DNA of 64,000 nucleotides from Enoplolaimus lenunculus (Eukaryota): NCBI GenBank assembly GCA_030248215.1, contig JASANG010000273.1, positions 1 to 64,000 of the forward strand, read 5' to 3'. Shown piece by piece: positions 40,015 to 53,700 of this stretch (position 1 is its first letter; each line of letters starts with the position of its first letter). The notes under the pieces were generated by a model. It saw only the letters and a program-made list of their open reading frames with translations, ran no database searches and was not told where the DNA came from. The position numbers and the translations under genes were made by a program.

Positions 40015-43000
40015 CCCAGTCGTTAGGAATACACTGAGGCAGCGGCGATGAGTAGTCACAATGCCAATTTGGAGGGCAAAAGTAGCCACGATTCCCACAG
40101 CCGTAGTTTTGACCACTTTGTTTTAGTTTAGATTTTGCTGAAATTTCAAACACACAATTTAATTATACTTGTAAGAAAATATTAATATCTGTATGAAGGT
40201 TAAATTTGGCAATAAACTGTACACTGTGAAGACATTAACCGTTTTAAACGGTATTACGACATTTCGTCGCTCGACAACTCGTCGACCTACAACATGTAAT
40301 ACGAAATGTCATCCGCTTGACAACGTGTCGCTCATCATTATGCTTAGGTTTATGCTTTAAGCTTAGGATTACGCTTAAGATTAGGCTTTGATTTATTAAT
40401 ATGCTTTAGGACTTTAAGGAACCGCTACATAAAGTGGCGGGAGCTCAAGACTTATCAAAACAGATACAGTTGTATTCCTGCTGCGATTTGCCTTTACTCA
40501 ATCAGGTAGGTGAAGATTAGCGCATTTTAACGAACGCTTCGGATTTTTAACCAGCAAACTATACCCACGATAGAAATTCTTTATCCGGTGTGCGTTTACC
40601 AACAGGTAACGTGCAACTCATAAGCTTATGCTTACGCTTAAGCTTGTCTGGGGATGGCTAAAATGTACAAACTCAGTGCGATGTGAACAAGTCAACAATG
40701 CACTATGCTGTATACAAAACTGCTAGTGCGCGTATAATACGCAGTACAAAATCTGGACAAGACGTGAGAGACCCCTCGAGCTCGAGCGTTTATCTCGTAT
40801 AGCGATGGTAAACGCCTCCCATTCCAGCCTCCGAAGTTCAAATTCTACCTTGAAATAATAGATTTCAGATTAATTAGAAAATATTCGTGTGAGAAAAGGT
40901 TAATATAATGAAACATGGTACAATTTACTTACCAGACCTGTCCGGCATACATTGTTTCGCCATATAATCACAGTACCATCCAAGAGGACAAATGCCACAT
41001 CCGACTTTTTTATCGTTTTGATTGGTTGATTTTTCTGAAATAAATATTCACAATATCTGGCCACACGCCTTGGACGTAAATGTATCGACGTAGCTATAGT
41101 TTAAAGCAATTTTCGGTGGAGAGTACGACGAATTGGACATGGGCCACAAACGTGGCAAAACATTCGTAGGTTCAGTCTAAAAAATTTTCTGCGGGAATGA
41201 TTTTTTTTCTCGGAATGGCGGCGTCAAACAGGTGCGCTGTAAACTGCTAAAACCTGTAAGGACCGGTCGTACAATTCGCCCATAAGGCCGATGTTTGAGG
41301 TAGGCAAGCAAAGTTTAGTCAAAAGACGTTCAGAGCCTATTTTTTGCATGAAATGTTTTGAATTTTAAGACGAAACTTTAGTTCTGGCCGGTGTTCAGGG
41401 ATGTCAGTGACATTCCTATTCCTTCAACTGTGCCCGTCGACTGATACCCCAGACACATGTTCCCGCGGGTCTGAAGCGTAGGCACATTTTTGTGAACTTG
41501 CCGAAGCTGGAGGCAGAAGAACTGAAATGATGAAAAAGACTTTCTATTTGTATTCCTTCTCCGTTGCCAATACAAAATAAGCACTGAATTTATGTTTATT
41601 TCGCTCGATAAGAAATCATTAAACGCTACTGTGCCAGTGTTTTAACTTTTGGTTGAGTACCAAAGATCGGATTGTTTACTGGATTTGCTGAGTCAACTGT
41701 TTTGGAGTTCTGAAGTTCAGCTACTGCGCCCTTGTTTGACGCACCTACAAAACAATACTTCCTGTGTTGCTTGGACATCATATGAAATGTTTATGGCAGA
41801 AAGGGTTAAAACTAAACAGCGAATACGTGTTTTATCATCAGTTTATGTCGCTTAAGCGCTTAAGCTGAATACAGTGTGTACACGGCTTACCAAGCGGATA
41901 AGGCATACAATTGTGAGATGAATAATCACAATACCAGCCTGGTGGACAAATTCCTGGACATCCAGCGATATCTTTGCTGCTTTGCGATGTTGATTTGGCT
42001 GAAAATTAGTTTTAACCTTTAAATTAAAAAACTTATCAATTTTTTAAGATAAAATTTCGAATCCTTTAAGACGCGTGGTTAAAACTTTTCATATGTGCGG
42101 GGTATAGGCTACTTGGATTGACAACAAAGATTTGGATTTTGGTGACTTCGTGAGCGAATCGGGCCAAACATTTGACAAACTATTAAAATTGAGGTACTGT
42201 AATGAAGAAATTTCAATGTGTATGGATTCGAAAGAATGATCTGATCGCTGAATCGTTCAAATCAACCTTTAAAGGCTTATAATTTTTCAGGTCAAAAAAT
42301 GATATTCTAATTTTTTAAGTTGTTATTGTGTGATAGGGGATGTGTGCAGTGGCAATTTTAGCACTTAATCTTAATACATAATTTTGCTTTTATGTCAACC
42401 CGGTGTCATGTATTAGATTTCTGTTAGGGGTCATCGACCGGATGACCCCGCGTAATCTGCCAGTGGTTTCTAGCGTGGTTTATTAATGTTGTCTGTGTTG
42501 CTGACTCACTGCCTGGTCCTGGCATACATTGCTTGGCCAAATAATCACAATGCCATCCATCAGGGCAAATGCCGCATTCCACGTCTTTGCCAGTTTTTGC
42601 CATAGCTGCAGTTTGAGCTAAAATACAAAATTTGGTTTTCATTCTTGTTGGTTTGGGGTTCTGTAACAGGGTGGGTCTACTCCTAAATTCGCTCCCAGTG
42701 TCTCGGTTATGCAACCTCCAAATACTTTCAATTTATTACATTTTCATATGATTTATATACCTTCAGTTCCGTCACTATCGGGCATGCATTGATTCGCCAT
42801 AATATCACAATGCCAACCAGGAGGACATACAAAATCACACAACTGCTTTAACGTCACCGCTTGTTGGGTTTCTGAAACGAAAATACAACAATTTAAAGTA
42901 AAAGTTTTCAGAACAATATTAAAAATGCGGCATTAGCCCTCTCTGAACGAGTTTCGGCCCTTCCTAGAAGATTTTCGTGCATGCTTGTATTAAGTCATCG

Positions 43001-46000
43001 AAAACCCTTGTATACCCATCCTGAAAATTTTTTAGCTCCCAGCAAGATGAGCTGCTTACGGGTCTGTGAGTTCAAACAACCCAAAACCTTTCAAACGTTC
43101 CTAGATGCTCAACATTTAACCCGTTCTCACGTAGTAGAGTTGATTATGAGCAAATCAGGGCAATGTGTGCAAGTTAAATATGCTCAATACACTGTGTAAT
43201 ACTATTACAACCGATATACGCGCAGTTAAAATCTGTCGAAGACGTTTAAGCCCCTAAGGTGCGAGTAGCGAGCTCAGATAACTGAGTGGCGATGCTAAAC
43301 TTGCTCCAGCTGCAATCTCCTGGGTTCAAACAAATTATATCTTAGATTTAAAGTAGAAAATATTCATGTGAGAAAAAGTTAATATAAGAACACATGACAG
43401 AATTTACGTACCAGAACTGTACGGCATACATTGTTTCGCCATGTAATCACAGTACCATCCAGGAGGACAAATGCCACATCCGACTTCTTTATCGTTTTGA
43501 TTGGTTGATTTTTCTGAAACAAATATTCACATTTTAGAGCTAATATGCGGTCACACGCCCTTGTAAAACCGCGGCGACACCGCCAGAGCTCAAAGCAATG
43601 TCAAGCGAGGCTTAAGGACAATTTCTTGCTTCCGGTGCCGCTGATCAACAATTATAGTAAACAGTGTTGCACACAGTTTATAATTGAGAGGCAGAGAAGC
43701 GTGAACGATTTTATTCTTGGGGCGCCAAACGAATTCGAATCACATATTAACCCAGAAACAGAAGGTCCCGGCCATCCAGTTCCGCAAGGAGTTCGGACTC
43801 TGGTAGGCAACCAAGATTCAATTAAAAGACATGAAGAGCGCATCTTTTTTGCGTTAAATGTTTTAAATTCCAACACGAAACTTTTAAGTTTTGGTTGCAT
43901 TTTAGCGGTGTCAACGACATCCGTGAATTTTACATGGAATCTGTCGACTAATACCACGGACACTTCTGTTCCCGCGTGTCTAAAATGTTGACATATTCTT
44001 TGTGACAAACTTACTGAAATTATATTATTTTTAACTTCTTGCCTAAGTAGGAGGCACAAATCTGGTTGCACCCTTTTGCTTGCTGAATGAGGGGAGCGTG
44101 GCAACCTATCAGTTTTTGGCGTCATATTTTATTTTTTGCGACATACAATAGAATATTTCATTTCAAACAAAGTAACCGTTTCGCAATATAAATTCCGATT
44201 CACTGAAGAAAGCCGGACTTCGATTCTTGTACTGGAAATGGAAGCAAACACCTGCGGTTGTTGCGTTCAGGTTCCAATTTTTCAATCCTTAATCCTTAAG
44301 CAGGGTACCGTGCGCGTTTAGGGGGCATTACTTCGTTTGAATAAACAAATAATTAATGACGCTCGTGGATATTAAACCAAATTTTGGTCAATTCAAACCC
44401 TTCCGACGCTGTAACGGAATGAATCTGTCATGGTATCGATGGGTTTTAACAAATTTCAGGCAGTCGACAGTTTTGTATGACAATCACGGTCGGTTTCGGC
44501 GACCGACGCAAGACTCTCTTTGGCCGAGGGACAAACAGAACGATGCCTGTTTGTTTTATTCCGGTTGAGATATTTTCAATTACACTTTCGCCCCGGGGAT
44601 GTGTGCAGTGGCAATTTTAGCACTTAATCTTAATACAAAATTTTGCTTTTATGTCAACCCGGTGTCATGTATTGGATTTCTGTTAGGGGTCATCGACCGG
44701 ATGACCCCGCGTAATCTGCCAGTGGTTTCTAGCGTGGTTTATTAATGTTGTCTGTGTTGCTGACTCACTGCCTGGTCCTGGCATGCATTGCTTGGCCAAA
44801 TAATCACAATGCCATCCATCAGGGCAAATGCCGCATTCCACGTCTTTGCCAGTTTTTGCCATAGCTGCAGTTTGAGCTAAAATACAAAATTTGGTTTTCA
44901 TTCTTGTTGGTTTGGGGTTCTGTAGCAGGGTGGGTCTACTCCTAAATTCGCTCCCAGTGTCTCGGTTATGCAACCTCCAAATACTTTCAATTTATTACAT
45001 TTTTATATGATTTCTATACCTTCAGTTCCGTCACTATCGGGCATGCATTGATTCGCCATAATATCACAGTGCCAATCAGGAGGACATACAAAATCACACA
45101 ACTGCTTTGCCGTAGCCGCTTTTTTGATTTCTGACACCAAAAGTCAACAAATTTATGTTAAAATTGCCAGAATACAAGTTGTTTACAATCGAATGAGAAC
45201 AAAGTACTAAAGCGTTCATGTATAGAATAGTAATCGAACAAATTCTGGATGCTTAAGCCGAAGCCTATATCTATACCTAATGAGTGGTATAAATTCGCCA
45301 AACCGCAAATCTAAAGGTCCCCTAAGGTTGATCAACGAGCTCTTATAATGGACCGGTTATGGTAAACGCCTCCCGTTGAACGACCTCGTAGTGCAAATCA
45401 TAGCTTGAAAATAAATCTCATTTGAAAAACAAAATATTCGTGCATGACAATGTTTAATTTTAACCTGTAATGTCAGGAATTTTTTCGCATTCGTTTGTTA
45501 ATAAGTTACAGTAATATCCAGATCGGCAAATACCACCGCAAGGTTTTGTGATTCGGTTCACGTTGTTAACGTTTAGTTCTGAAAAATTTAGCGAATTTTT
45601 TAATTTAAATTTCAACATTTTTTATTTTTGAAAATACAAAATTTCTTTTATTTTTATTCTCAATCAATTTTAAAGAACACAAATTTTTAATTCAAAATTT
45701 GAACATTTTTAGTTTTTGAAACTAAATAATTCTTGTTACCTAGATTCCAAACCAATCATATTTTAGAAGTTTCTTCTATAATAGTATAAAGATTTAAAAA
45801 ACTTATACTTAAGAGGTTATAAAGAGTTATTTTTAGAGGCCAAATTATTTCTAGTTTCTCTTCGAAAAACACGGCCCATACGTTTCATGGTCCATGTAAA
45901 CATCAGGGCCAGAAGGTTTTTTAGTGTTATTTTTGTTTAGGATTATGCTCATGCTTAGGTTTAGCTATAAGCTCATTCTTACGCTTACACTTACGGCCAA

Positions 46001-48141
46001 GTTTTATGCATTGGCCCGTTTCATGGTAGCTATCGCTGTGCTTCTGAGCCAAAAAACAAAACGCCTACAGTCTTTGTTTTTAAAACCCACAAAATTTCGA
46101 CAAAAAACGTACGATTGCCGTTCGGAAAACACCGATTATACCGCGGGTCGCAGTACTGGTTCGGCGGACAGCGAAAGTTACACAGACGATTGTTTGACTG
46201 AATTGAAATTTGAGTTTCTGAAGATTTTTAAAAAATTTTCAAAATTGAAATCCAATTTTTTGAATTCGCACAACGTGAAATCCCTCCTGAAAGATTTTAT
46301 CCTTTTAAAACGCCGGAATTGGAACAGCAGGGCCCAAAGGCTTATAAATTTTATATATTAAGGACAGAGTGTTGATATCATTTCCAATATATCTTTTTCC
46401 CCAGATATTGAACTTGTTTCCAATACCTATTTTCAATAAAAATATTCTTAACAATATGTAGCCCCTATCACTTGTAATAAATATATAGTGACAGATTTAC
46501 AAACTTAAATCCGTATTGTAAAATGTGTGGAGCACCTATTATTAGTTAATGGCAGGTCTTGTATCTTTCGAACCAAAGAATGATGACCTGTTAAATTCAG
46601 ATTATTTATTGCTTTCGAAACTGTTTACTTCTGTGCAAACTTTGAAATCTGTAATTGCAGCAGTTCGTTAGTTTGAAACCGATTACTAAGCGATTATAGG
46701 TGCTATATGTCTCTGAGAATATGGACTCTACTCAGAAATAGGCCAACGCAAACGCGCAAAATATGCTAGATTTAGAAATTTATTTTTTTACTGGTTCAAA
46801 AGTAGAACTGGTGATTGGTGTTACACACAATTGAGAATGCGGGCGGAAGTGTGTAAATGTTAGTTTTCTTAAAATATTAAACTTGACTGAAATCTGCTTT
46901 TGCAACTAAAAGCTTGAGCGATAATGCAAGTTTAAACTTAAGAATTACCTTCAAACTTAAGTATATATGCTTTAAAGTTTCAAACTCAACGCTTTTTGGG
47001 CCTCGAGTCATTTATGCGCTACAGTTAAGGATAATTGACATTTATGGACTCTAATTAGGGTTTAGGGATTCTATCCGCTTACAGACTCTTATTACGGATA
47101 AGGACTCCAATTGATTGGGTGTCGAAAATGGGGACCCCCTCTTATTACCTCCTCTTATTCGGGTACCTACAGCAGATCGAAAGTTTTCCTTGCTCGCTGT
47201 ACCCTAAATCACAAACACGTTAGACGTGTTTGATGATCTGTTTCCGAAACAAAATCCAGGCTACGCTACTAGCACTGTTGACAAAATTACTGGAAGAAGC
47301 ACACTAAAATGTACCAGATTCAGGAGGACATTGTACGCAGCCAACATACGGTATAAAGCACATCCAGCTTGCACAAGTGGGCAGTTTTAGTTTTCCGACA
47401 GAAACTTCTGCTGTTTTCGTTGATGCAGAAGCTAAAATTGTAATATTTAATTTGAATGAGGTATATTTGAATCTCAAATTAAAATTTACATCCCTCTTCT
47501 AACTACGAGGGACTTCCCATGAAAAATGTCAAACTTTAATCGATACTACTCGAATGATGGGTTAACGTATATTTTCTGAAAAGTTTTCGTTTCAATTTGC
47601 GCTTTGTTTGTATACGGCCAACATTTAATTGTAGAATTTGAATGAATTTTAAATTTCTACTTCGAATCAATTGTTTGTCACGCAATAACTAACGGTGGTA
47701 CATTAATTAATGGCAAATTACGAAAGAAGAAACTTTAATGAACACTACTCGAGTAAGATTAGTCATATTTTTCCTAAATCGGTTTGTTCTTTGATTGCAT
47801 ACGTAAACTATAATTTTAGAAACGACCAACTGTATTTTTGCAGTTCGCTATTTCACGAAAAATAGTGTAATATTTCTTAATAACTTGCTTTTATAATCGT
47901 TTAGGCTAAGATTAGACTCAAACATTTATGACTGATCTTAGGCTTATACGCTTAGCAATACGAATTTTTAGTGTAATACTGCATTTATTTGCAGACAAAA
48001 TGTCATCTACTAGTCTAATTAGATACAAAACCTGTTTCAAACTGTCCAAGGTTTAACGTGAACCCCGGATAGCTTACTTGGGGCACCAAAGTTCAGATCA
48101 ATAGCGCATACTGTGATAAGCAAAACGATAACAGTGTTCAT
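40015..48141 (-). CDS. Secreted protein of tandem 4-Cys modules, one per exon. Exons 48078-48141 (signal), 47315-47431, 45465-45578, 45020-45130, 44769-44876, 43412-43513, 42761-42871, 42510-42617, 41891-41998, 40933-41034, 40015-40137. Last exon unresolved (candidate 36534-36722)
   Basis: MNTVIVLLITVCAIDLNFGAP signal exon, then ten open phase 1-1 exons of 102-123 nt with AG/GT boundaries. Nine encode a C-x(2-6)-C-x3-[WY]-[HY]-C-[DN]-x(5-7)-C module. Confidence 0.85.
42336..42872. repeat. Recent intragenic duplication, near-identical to about 44595-45132 (two exons plus introns)
   Basis: Identical 96-aa ORF translations at 42424-42714 and 44683-44973. Likewise 40800-41070 resembles 43250-43560. 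Confidence 0.92.
43120..43378. mobile_element. Family B piggyBac-like MITE, diverged and in opposite orientation; further remnants end at about 40900 and 45455
   Basis: TTAA|CCCGTTCTCACGT...GAAAATATTCATGTGAGAAAAAG|TTAA, with a TAACTGAGTGG A box inside. Confidence 0.75.
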
Positions 48142-50753
48142 ACTGTAAATTACTGTATTAATAAATTTCAAACAAAATTGTTTTAAATATTAAACTAAAA
48201 AAATCAAACGGAACGAATTTATAAGAGTTGTGCTATACCTTATTCTGCGGACGCCAACATGCACCGCGGAACGCCGAAATGCGTTGCTAATAAAAATAGA
48301 GGCAAAATCTATTTGGTAGAATTTTAACTGAAAAAATTTCCTGTGCCGCGCGCCGGCGTGCCACGAGTATAGCTCAACCCTAACAGCAATGTTTAGATCA
48401 TTCATGTTTCGGCTCATATTATTTATAAGAGCCTCCCTCAACAAAAGTGTAATCCTAAACTTAACTCTAAAGTCTAAGTCTTAAACATAAAATATACCTA
48501 ATCTTAACTCCAAACTGTCATCTTGATCCTAATCCTTATAGTCTCTATATCCCCCAATGCCCCAGTTTTTCTATGGCAAGCTTACATAATTAATATGGAA
48601 CCAAGATTCAGTTAAACACAGTACTTACTGTATGACCCACGCTACATGTTAGGTCGGAACAGCGAGGCATACCTGTACAGAAATGTATTTCGCAAGCCTA
48701 AAGCCTCAGCTTGAGCTTAAGCCTATTTTAGTTCAGCCTAAGCCTAATCTTGAGCCTAATCCTAAGTTTGACTCGAAGCCTAAGTTCGAGCCTAAGCCAA
48801 TGCTTGAGTCTAAGCCTAAAGCATGAACCTACGCTTGTAGAAATACGGTGTACTTGAGCCTATTAGTACATTAAATTAATTACAGTAAACCATGAGAAAC
48901 AAACAAAATATTACACTATTGCAAACAATCGCTCACAGTAACAACTTTGTTAAATTTAAACTGAACTGAACAAAAATTGAAAATCACTAACGCTTAAATA
49001 CTGAATCTTTTATTATCGTTACCGTAAGGTTTATCTAATGCAAAACCCATATCCGGTGTCATAATCCCCTAGGTGTAAACATTCGCTTCTGCCTTTAAAG
49101 GTTAAATCGAACCACTCTGATTTTATGTAAACATTTAAAATTTCTAATTTGACCCAGGTCGAACCCTTTTATATTTTCACTTTCATTTCAAAACTTCCGG
49201 ATTAAACGCACCGGCAGATAATTGGAACTGAGGGGGTGTTAAAAATGGCTGACAGTAAAAATCCATAGTTTTATTACAACTGGTTACATCTTAGTTCAAC
49301 CCACGCTTATGATAAGGTTATGTCTACAAAGATTATTATGACTTCTGGCGCTACAGCTACTACACTAACAACAACAGCACCACCATCAACAATAGCAAAA
49401 ACTACGTAAAATATCGACAAAAGTTGAAAAAATGTGTCCGGCGGAAATTGCTTGAATTATGATTTGTTAATACCCGACAACCCCACGTCAAACCACGTAA
49501 ACAGACCCGGAATCGTGAAATTTGAGTAGAGGGGGTAAGGACATAAAATACAGATATCAAGGATAGCTTTAATAATAGAATTCTTTTAATGCTGTAACAT
49601 ACAAAATACCACACTTGAGGGGCGAAGATAAATGTAGGGGAGTAACGTCACACCGATACGCCCTCCCGCAGCTGAGACCCTGAATATAAAACCTGAAATG
49701 CTTAAAATTTTACAACTGTTTGCATATAAAGGGTTTAGCGATCAAAGCCTACTTTATCGGAAACTTTGAAATAAACAATTGTAAGTTTTCAATTTATACT
49801 ACATTTGTTTTAAATTTCAAACCCTGATTAAACTTTGATTAACGGTAAACCTTTTCACATCTTAAAACCAGGTCCAAACTTTGACTATTCTTAATCTAAG
49901 GTTTAGTCTAAAACAACATAGTACCTATTCGCGATTGGCGTAGGCTTACAAGTGATATTGTTTAACATTGTTACAATATTGAAAGCAAACAGTATTTTAC
50001 GTCAATTTAGGCTTGGCGTCAAGAAAAGATTCAAAAATCAATAAAATAGTTTATAATCAATGTCCAATTTGAGCCAAACCTTAATACGGTCGAATTTTCG
50101 AAAAGTTATGGTATTTAAAGACAGTGCAAAAGCTTGAAAAGTTATTAAATTTACGTTTGCTAATTTTTGATTTTGTAACGTTCAAGATTGTATTCGAAAG
50201 TTTCGTCTGTTGTTATCCGATTAATTTTTTGATTTTTGCTTAATTTCTCGTCAAAATCGTTCGATTCAGCATTGAGCTGTGTTTAGCTTTGGATTTATTT
50301 TAATTCTGATGTTCGCGGTTTCAAGGAACACCTCGGGTATGTATTTCTAAATCCTGTTCGTTACCGTGACTTAAAGTTTCAACTTCGCAAAAAAGGGTAT
50401 TCAAGCGTAAAAAGCTTTGCTAGCGTTTTCATTAGTTTTTTTGGCGTCCGATCAAGGACATTGCCAGACGGCCTCAGGAAACAGCCCACCAACTTTTGAA
50501 ATTTTGGTAGAATGGTTTTTAGACACGGATGCAGTTTGGAACACAAGAAATCACTCGCCCTGAAAAACTCATTTGTACCGTGGAACAAATTCAATAGGAA
50601 TATGACAATTTATCCCATCCTGGCAAGTCTTCCAAAATGAAAGCCACGCTACGATCCTGAATGCCGTAACCTTTGCCATTTCTCAGGTCCACCTTTTTTG
50701 ATACAAACGTTTATTACGTTAATATTTAGATTTAAGTATAATCAATATAAACA

Positions 50754-53700
50754 ATGTTTCACGTTACACTGTTAGCTATTTTGGGCATTTCTAGTCAAGT
50801 GCTAGGTGCTCCGACCACTCCTAGTGTCTCATTACCCACGTGCGCTGAACGAATGAAATCTGCGAACTTATCAGAAGACTTCGATGTTAACGCAGCTCAC
50901 ACCATTCATTCAATGACCGTTCAAGATTTACAACGTATCGATCCGAAATTTAGCCAGTTGAACTATGTTCCCACCGTGGATTTAAATTTGAATTCTCCCA
51001 CGCCAATACTTTCCCACGCTCCTTCTCAAAGAGATCCGCCTGTATTTGAAACAGATGCCCTAAATAGCATCGATAATGTCCTAAGTCATATGACAGATTC
51101 AGGATATGACGCTAAAAATTATTCACCCTTAGAACGAGTTGTACATGCGGCACATATGCATGAAATGTGGGACAAAATAGGCCAAGTCTACCGAAAGGAA
51201 ATACTACCAAATCCGCCCGAACCAAGTACTTGCAGTTGCGCTACTGACGAGAATGCAAACGGCATTTACCGGATGCTCCAATTGATGGCCACGGCGATAC
51301 GAAATCCAGAACTTGTTTATACGCAACGGCAAGTTATCGTTTTTGGACGCTTACACAGCTTTCCCCCACATTTAAAATTAAGGCTTAAGCTTAGGGTTGG
51401 GCTTATGAAAGGCATAGGCAAAGGTTTAGGCCTAGGTAAACCTTTTTCGAAACGTAAGCTTAATCCTGAGCCTACGCCTATTTCCTGTTGGGAAAATAAT
51501 ACCGTTTAGCGTCGTATAGCCGTATTATTGAGCTATTACTGTACAGTGCTCGCGTAACAGCGAGAGTTTCGGCGCTCAAGCTTGAGGGGGATCCCACGTT
51601 ATATGAATATTTTGCGCTACGCGTAAACGTCGGAATCGATTAATAAAAGACCAATTGTGCATTTCGCGTTAACAGTTTGCGTTGAGTTGCTCGTAGTTTT
51701 CTCAATCTAAGCAGTGCTTAAACGTCAAGAACCACGCCCGTAGCCAGCTCACCTTGCTATGGGGAATTAAAATTTTTTAGGAGCGGCATACAAGGGTTTT
51801 CGTTGACTTACACCGTTAACCATTTTTTGGCGGGGAGTAAAACTTTTTCCAGGCAAGGCTGATACCCACCTAGTACCGTTCGCGCTCTCATCTAGCTGTG
51901 CAGGTAATTTGCATAATGCGTGGGAAGTTCATCTTACAAAATGTATGATATAATAAATCATGCAACAGGTTTGTTCTTTGCATTCTACAATGTTTTTACA
52001 TCTACCAACTTCTGACAGTGGGATCAGATTGGTTGTTCTTACAAACCTCGTCTTCCCTTCTCTTGGTTACAGGCCAGCGAAAAACGGTTGCTAACTGGAT
52101 CGTGCTTGTCCCCTGGTATACTTTAAACCTGCCGGTGCGAAAGATACTTGATTTGGTTATAACAAAAATTACAATTATATTTTCCTTTCAAAAGATTTTA
52201 AATGATGTTTAGCTGAATAAATTTGTTTAACTTGAAAACATTTTTTCAGAGATCTGAAAACCAATTCAAACGTTTATCCGTATCCGACGCCACAACCGAT
52301 ATATCACTATTACTTTCCTGAATTGAAGTAAGCTGTCGTAGTATTTTTTTATCTTAGCGGCCAAAAATATACATCGCTCGCTACTCTCGGTCGTAAAAAA
52401 CATTAATGAGGTTATACGATCCGAAACAAAATCCTGGCTATGCTGGTGCGTTCATAATATTTATATCAAAGAAAATAACGTTAAATTGGGAATTGAAAAT
52501 AACCCTTGAAGGTGTTTGTCAAATATTATCGATCGAGTGTTAGTGGTGTTAGTAAAGCCAATGTGTAATCACAAAAGCTAATGAATTAAAGACATAAAAT
52601 AAATTATTTAAAATATAAAAATAAACATTCAAAGACAAATTTGATTTTTTCCAATATATTCAACAATAAGTATTGCGTATCCCATGGTATCTTTAAGTAG
52701 ACTCTGCAACAATTTTTGGTCTGAAAACTTGTCGCCTAACAGTGTCCTAAAGCTTTTGAAATTAATCCAAGTTTAATACTAATGCACCAGTTAAAATAAA
52801 TATTTATATTGCAGAAATCTTAAAAAAATCAACAACGCTCCAGCAGATGGTCCCACTTACCACTTCGAATTTCCGGATCTCAAGTAAGACGAAAATGCTT
52901 TTGTTGAAGTATTTGTTCTGGAGCTTAGCGAAGATTTTGGAAAAATGAAAGTTACATTCAATAAAAATTTCGAAGGGTGTTTAATCTTCAGGCATAAATA
53001 CAGAATATGCTGGTTTACTATAACTATTGCATATCGACGCCGATATTTGTGTTTTGTTGGTAATTGGTACTTGATTTGCTAGTAATCTAAATCTATATAA
53101 TTAAAGCTAGAACGCAACACATATATACATATTCGCTAATTTTCGGCAAAAATTCGGAAATTTTTTCCTGAAAACTGTGACAAAAGTAAAACGAAACGCG
53201 CTAAAAAGATTTGCAAAATTATGCAAAATTTTACTACCGAAAATTGCCGGCATCTCCGGCAAAAATTCTGTCGGAGCCGGAGACCGAATTTCTACCGGAG
53301 CCGGAGTCAGAGGTACACCTCCGGTTGCACCCTGATATATATAGTACAAAACACAAAGTTGCGCGCTGGCAAAAAAATCCCCGTGTCAGTTTTAACCCAT
53401 GCACACTTTTAACCCAAGTTGTACATTTCATGGTTAAATTTGAGTAGCAAAATCTAAAACAGTACAAATCATTAATTTCAGGGAAATGAAGAATGGCCCC
53501 TATGGTCAACCAGTGCCACAACCGAATCCGATTTACACGTATCATTTTCCAGACTTGAAGTAAGCATAAATGTTAATATTAGCTTAATGGACGAAGATCT
53601 GTAACAGATTTAGGCTAGAAATTATGTCAGTGTCGTTTCAAAGAATGTTTATAAACGTTGACTGAAAATTTTGTCATTCCGAAATAGTAGCTGAAAATAA

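Noticed and set aside
43545..44125. Overlapping 148-aa and 157-aa ORFs on opposite strands
   Set aside because: No recognisable motifs; they lie in an intron of the Cys-module gene.
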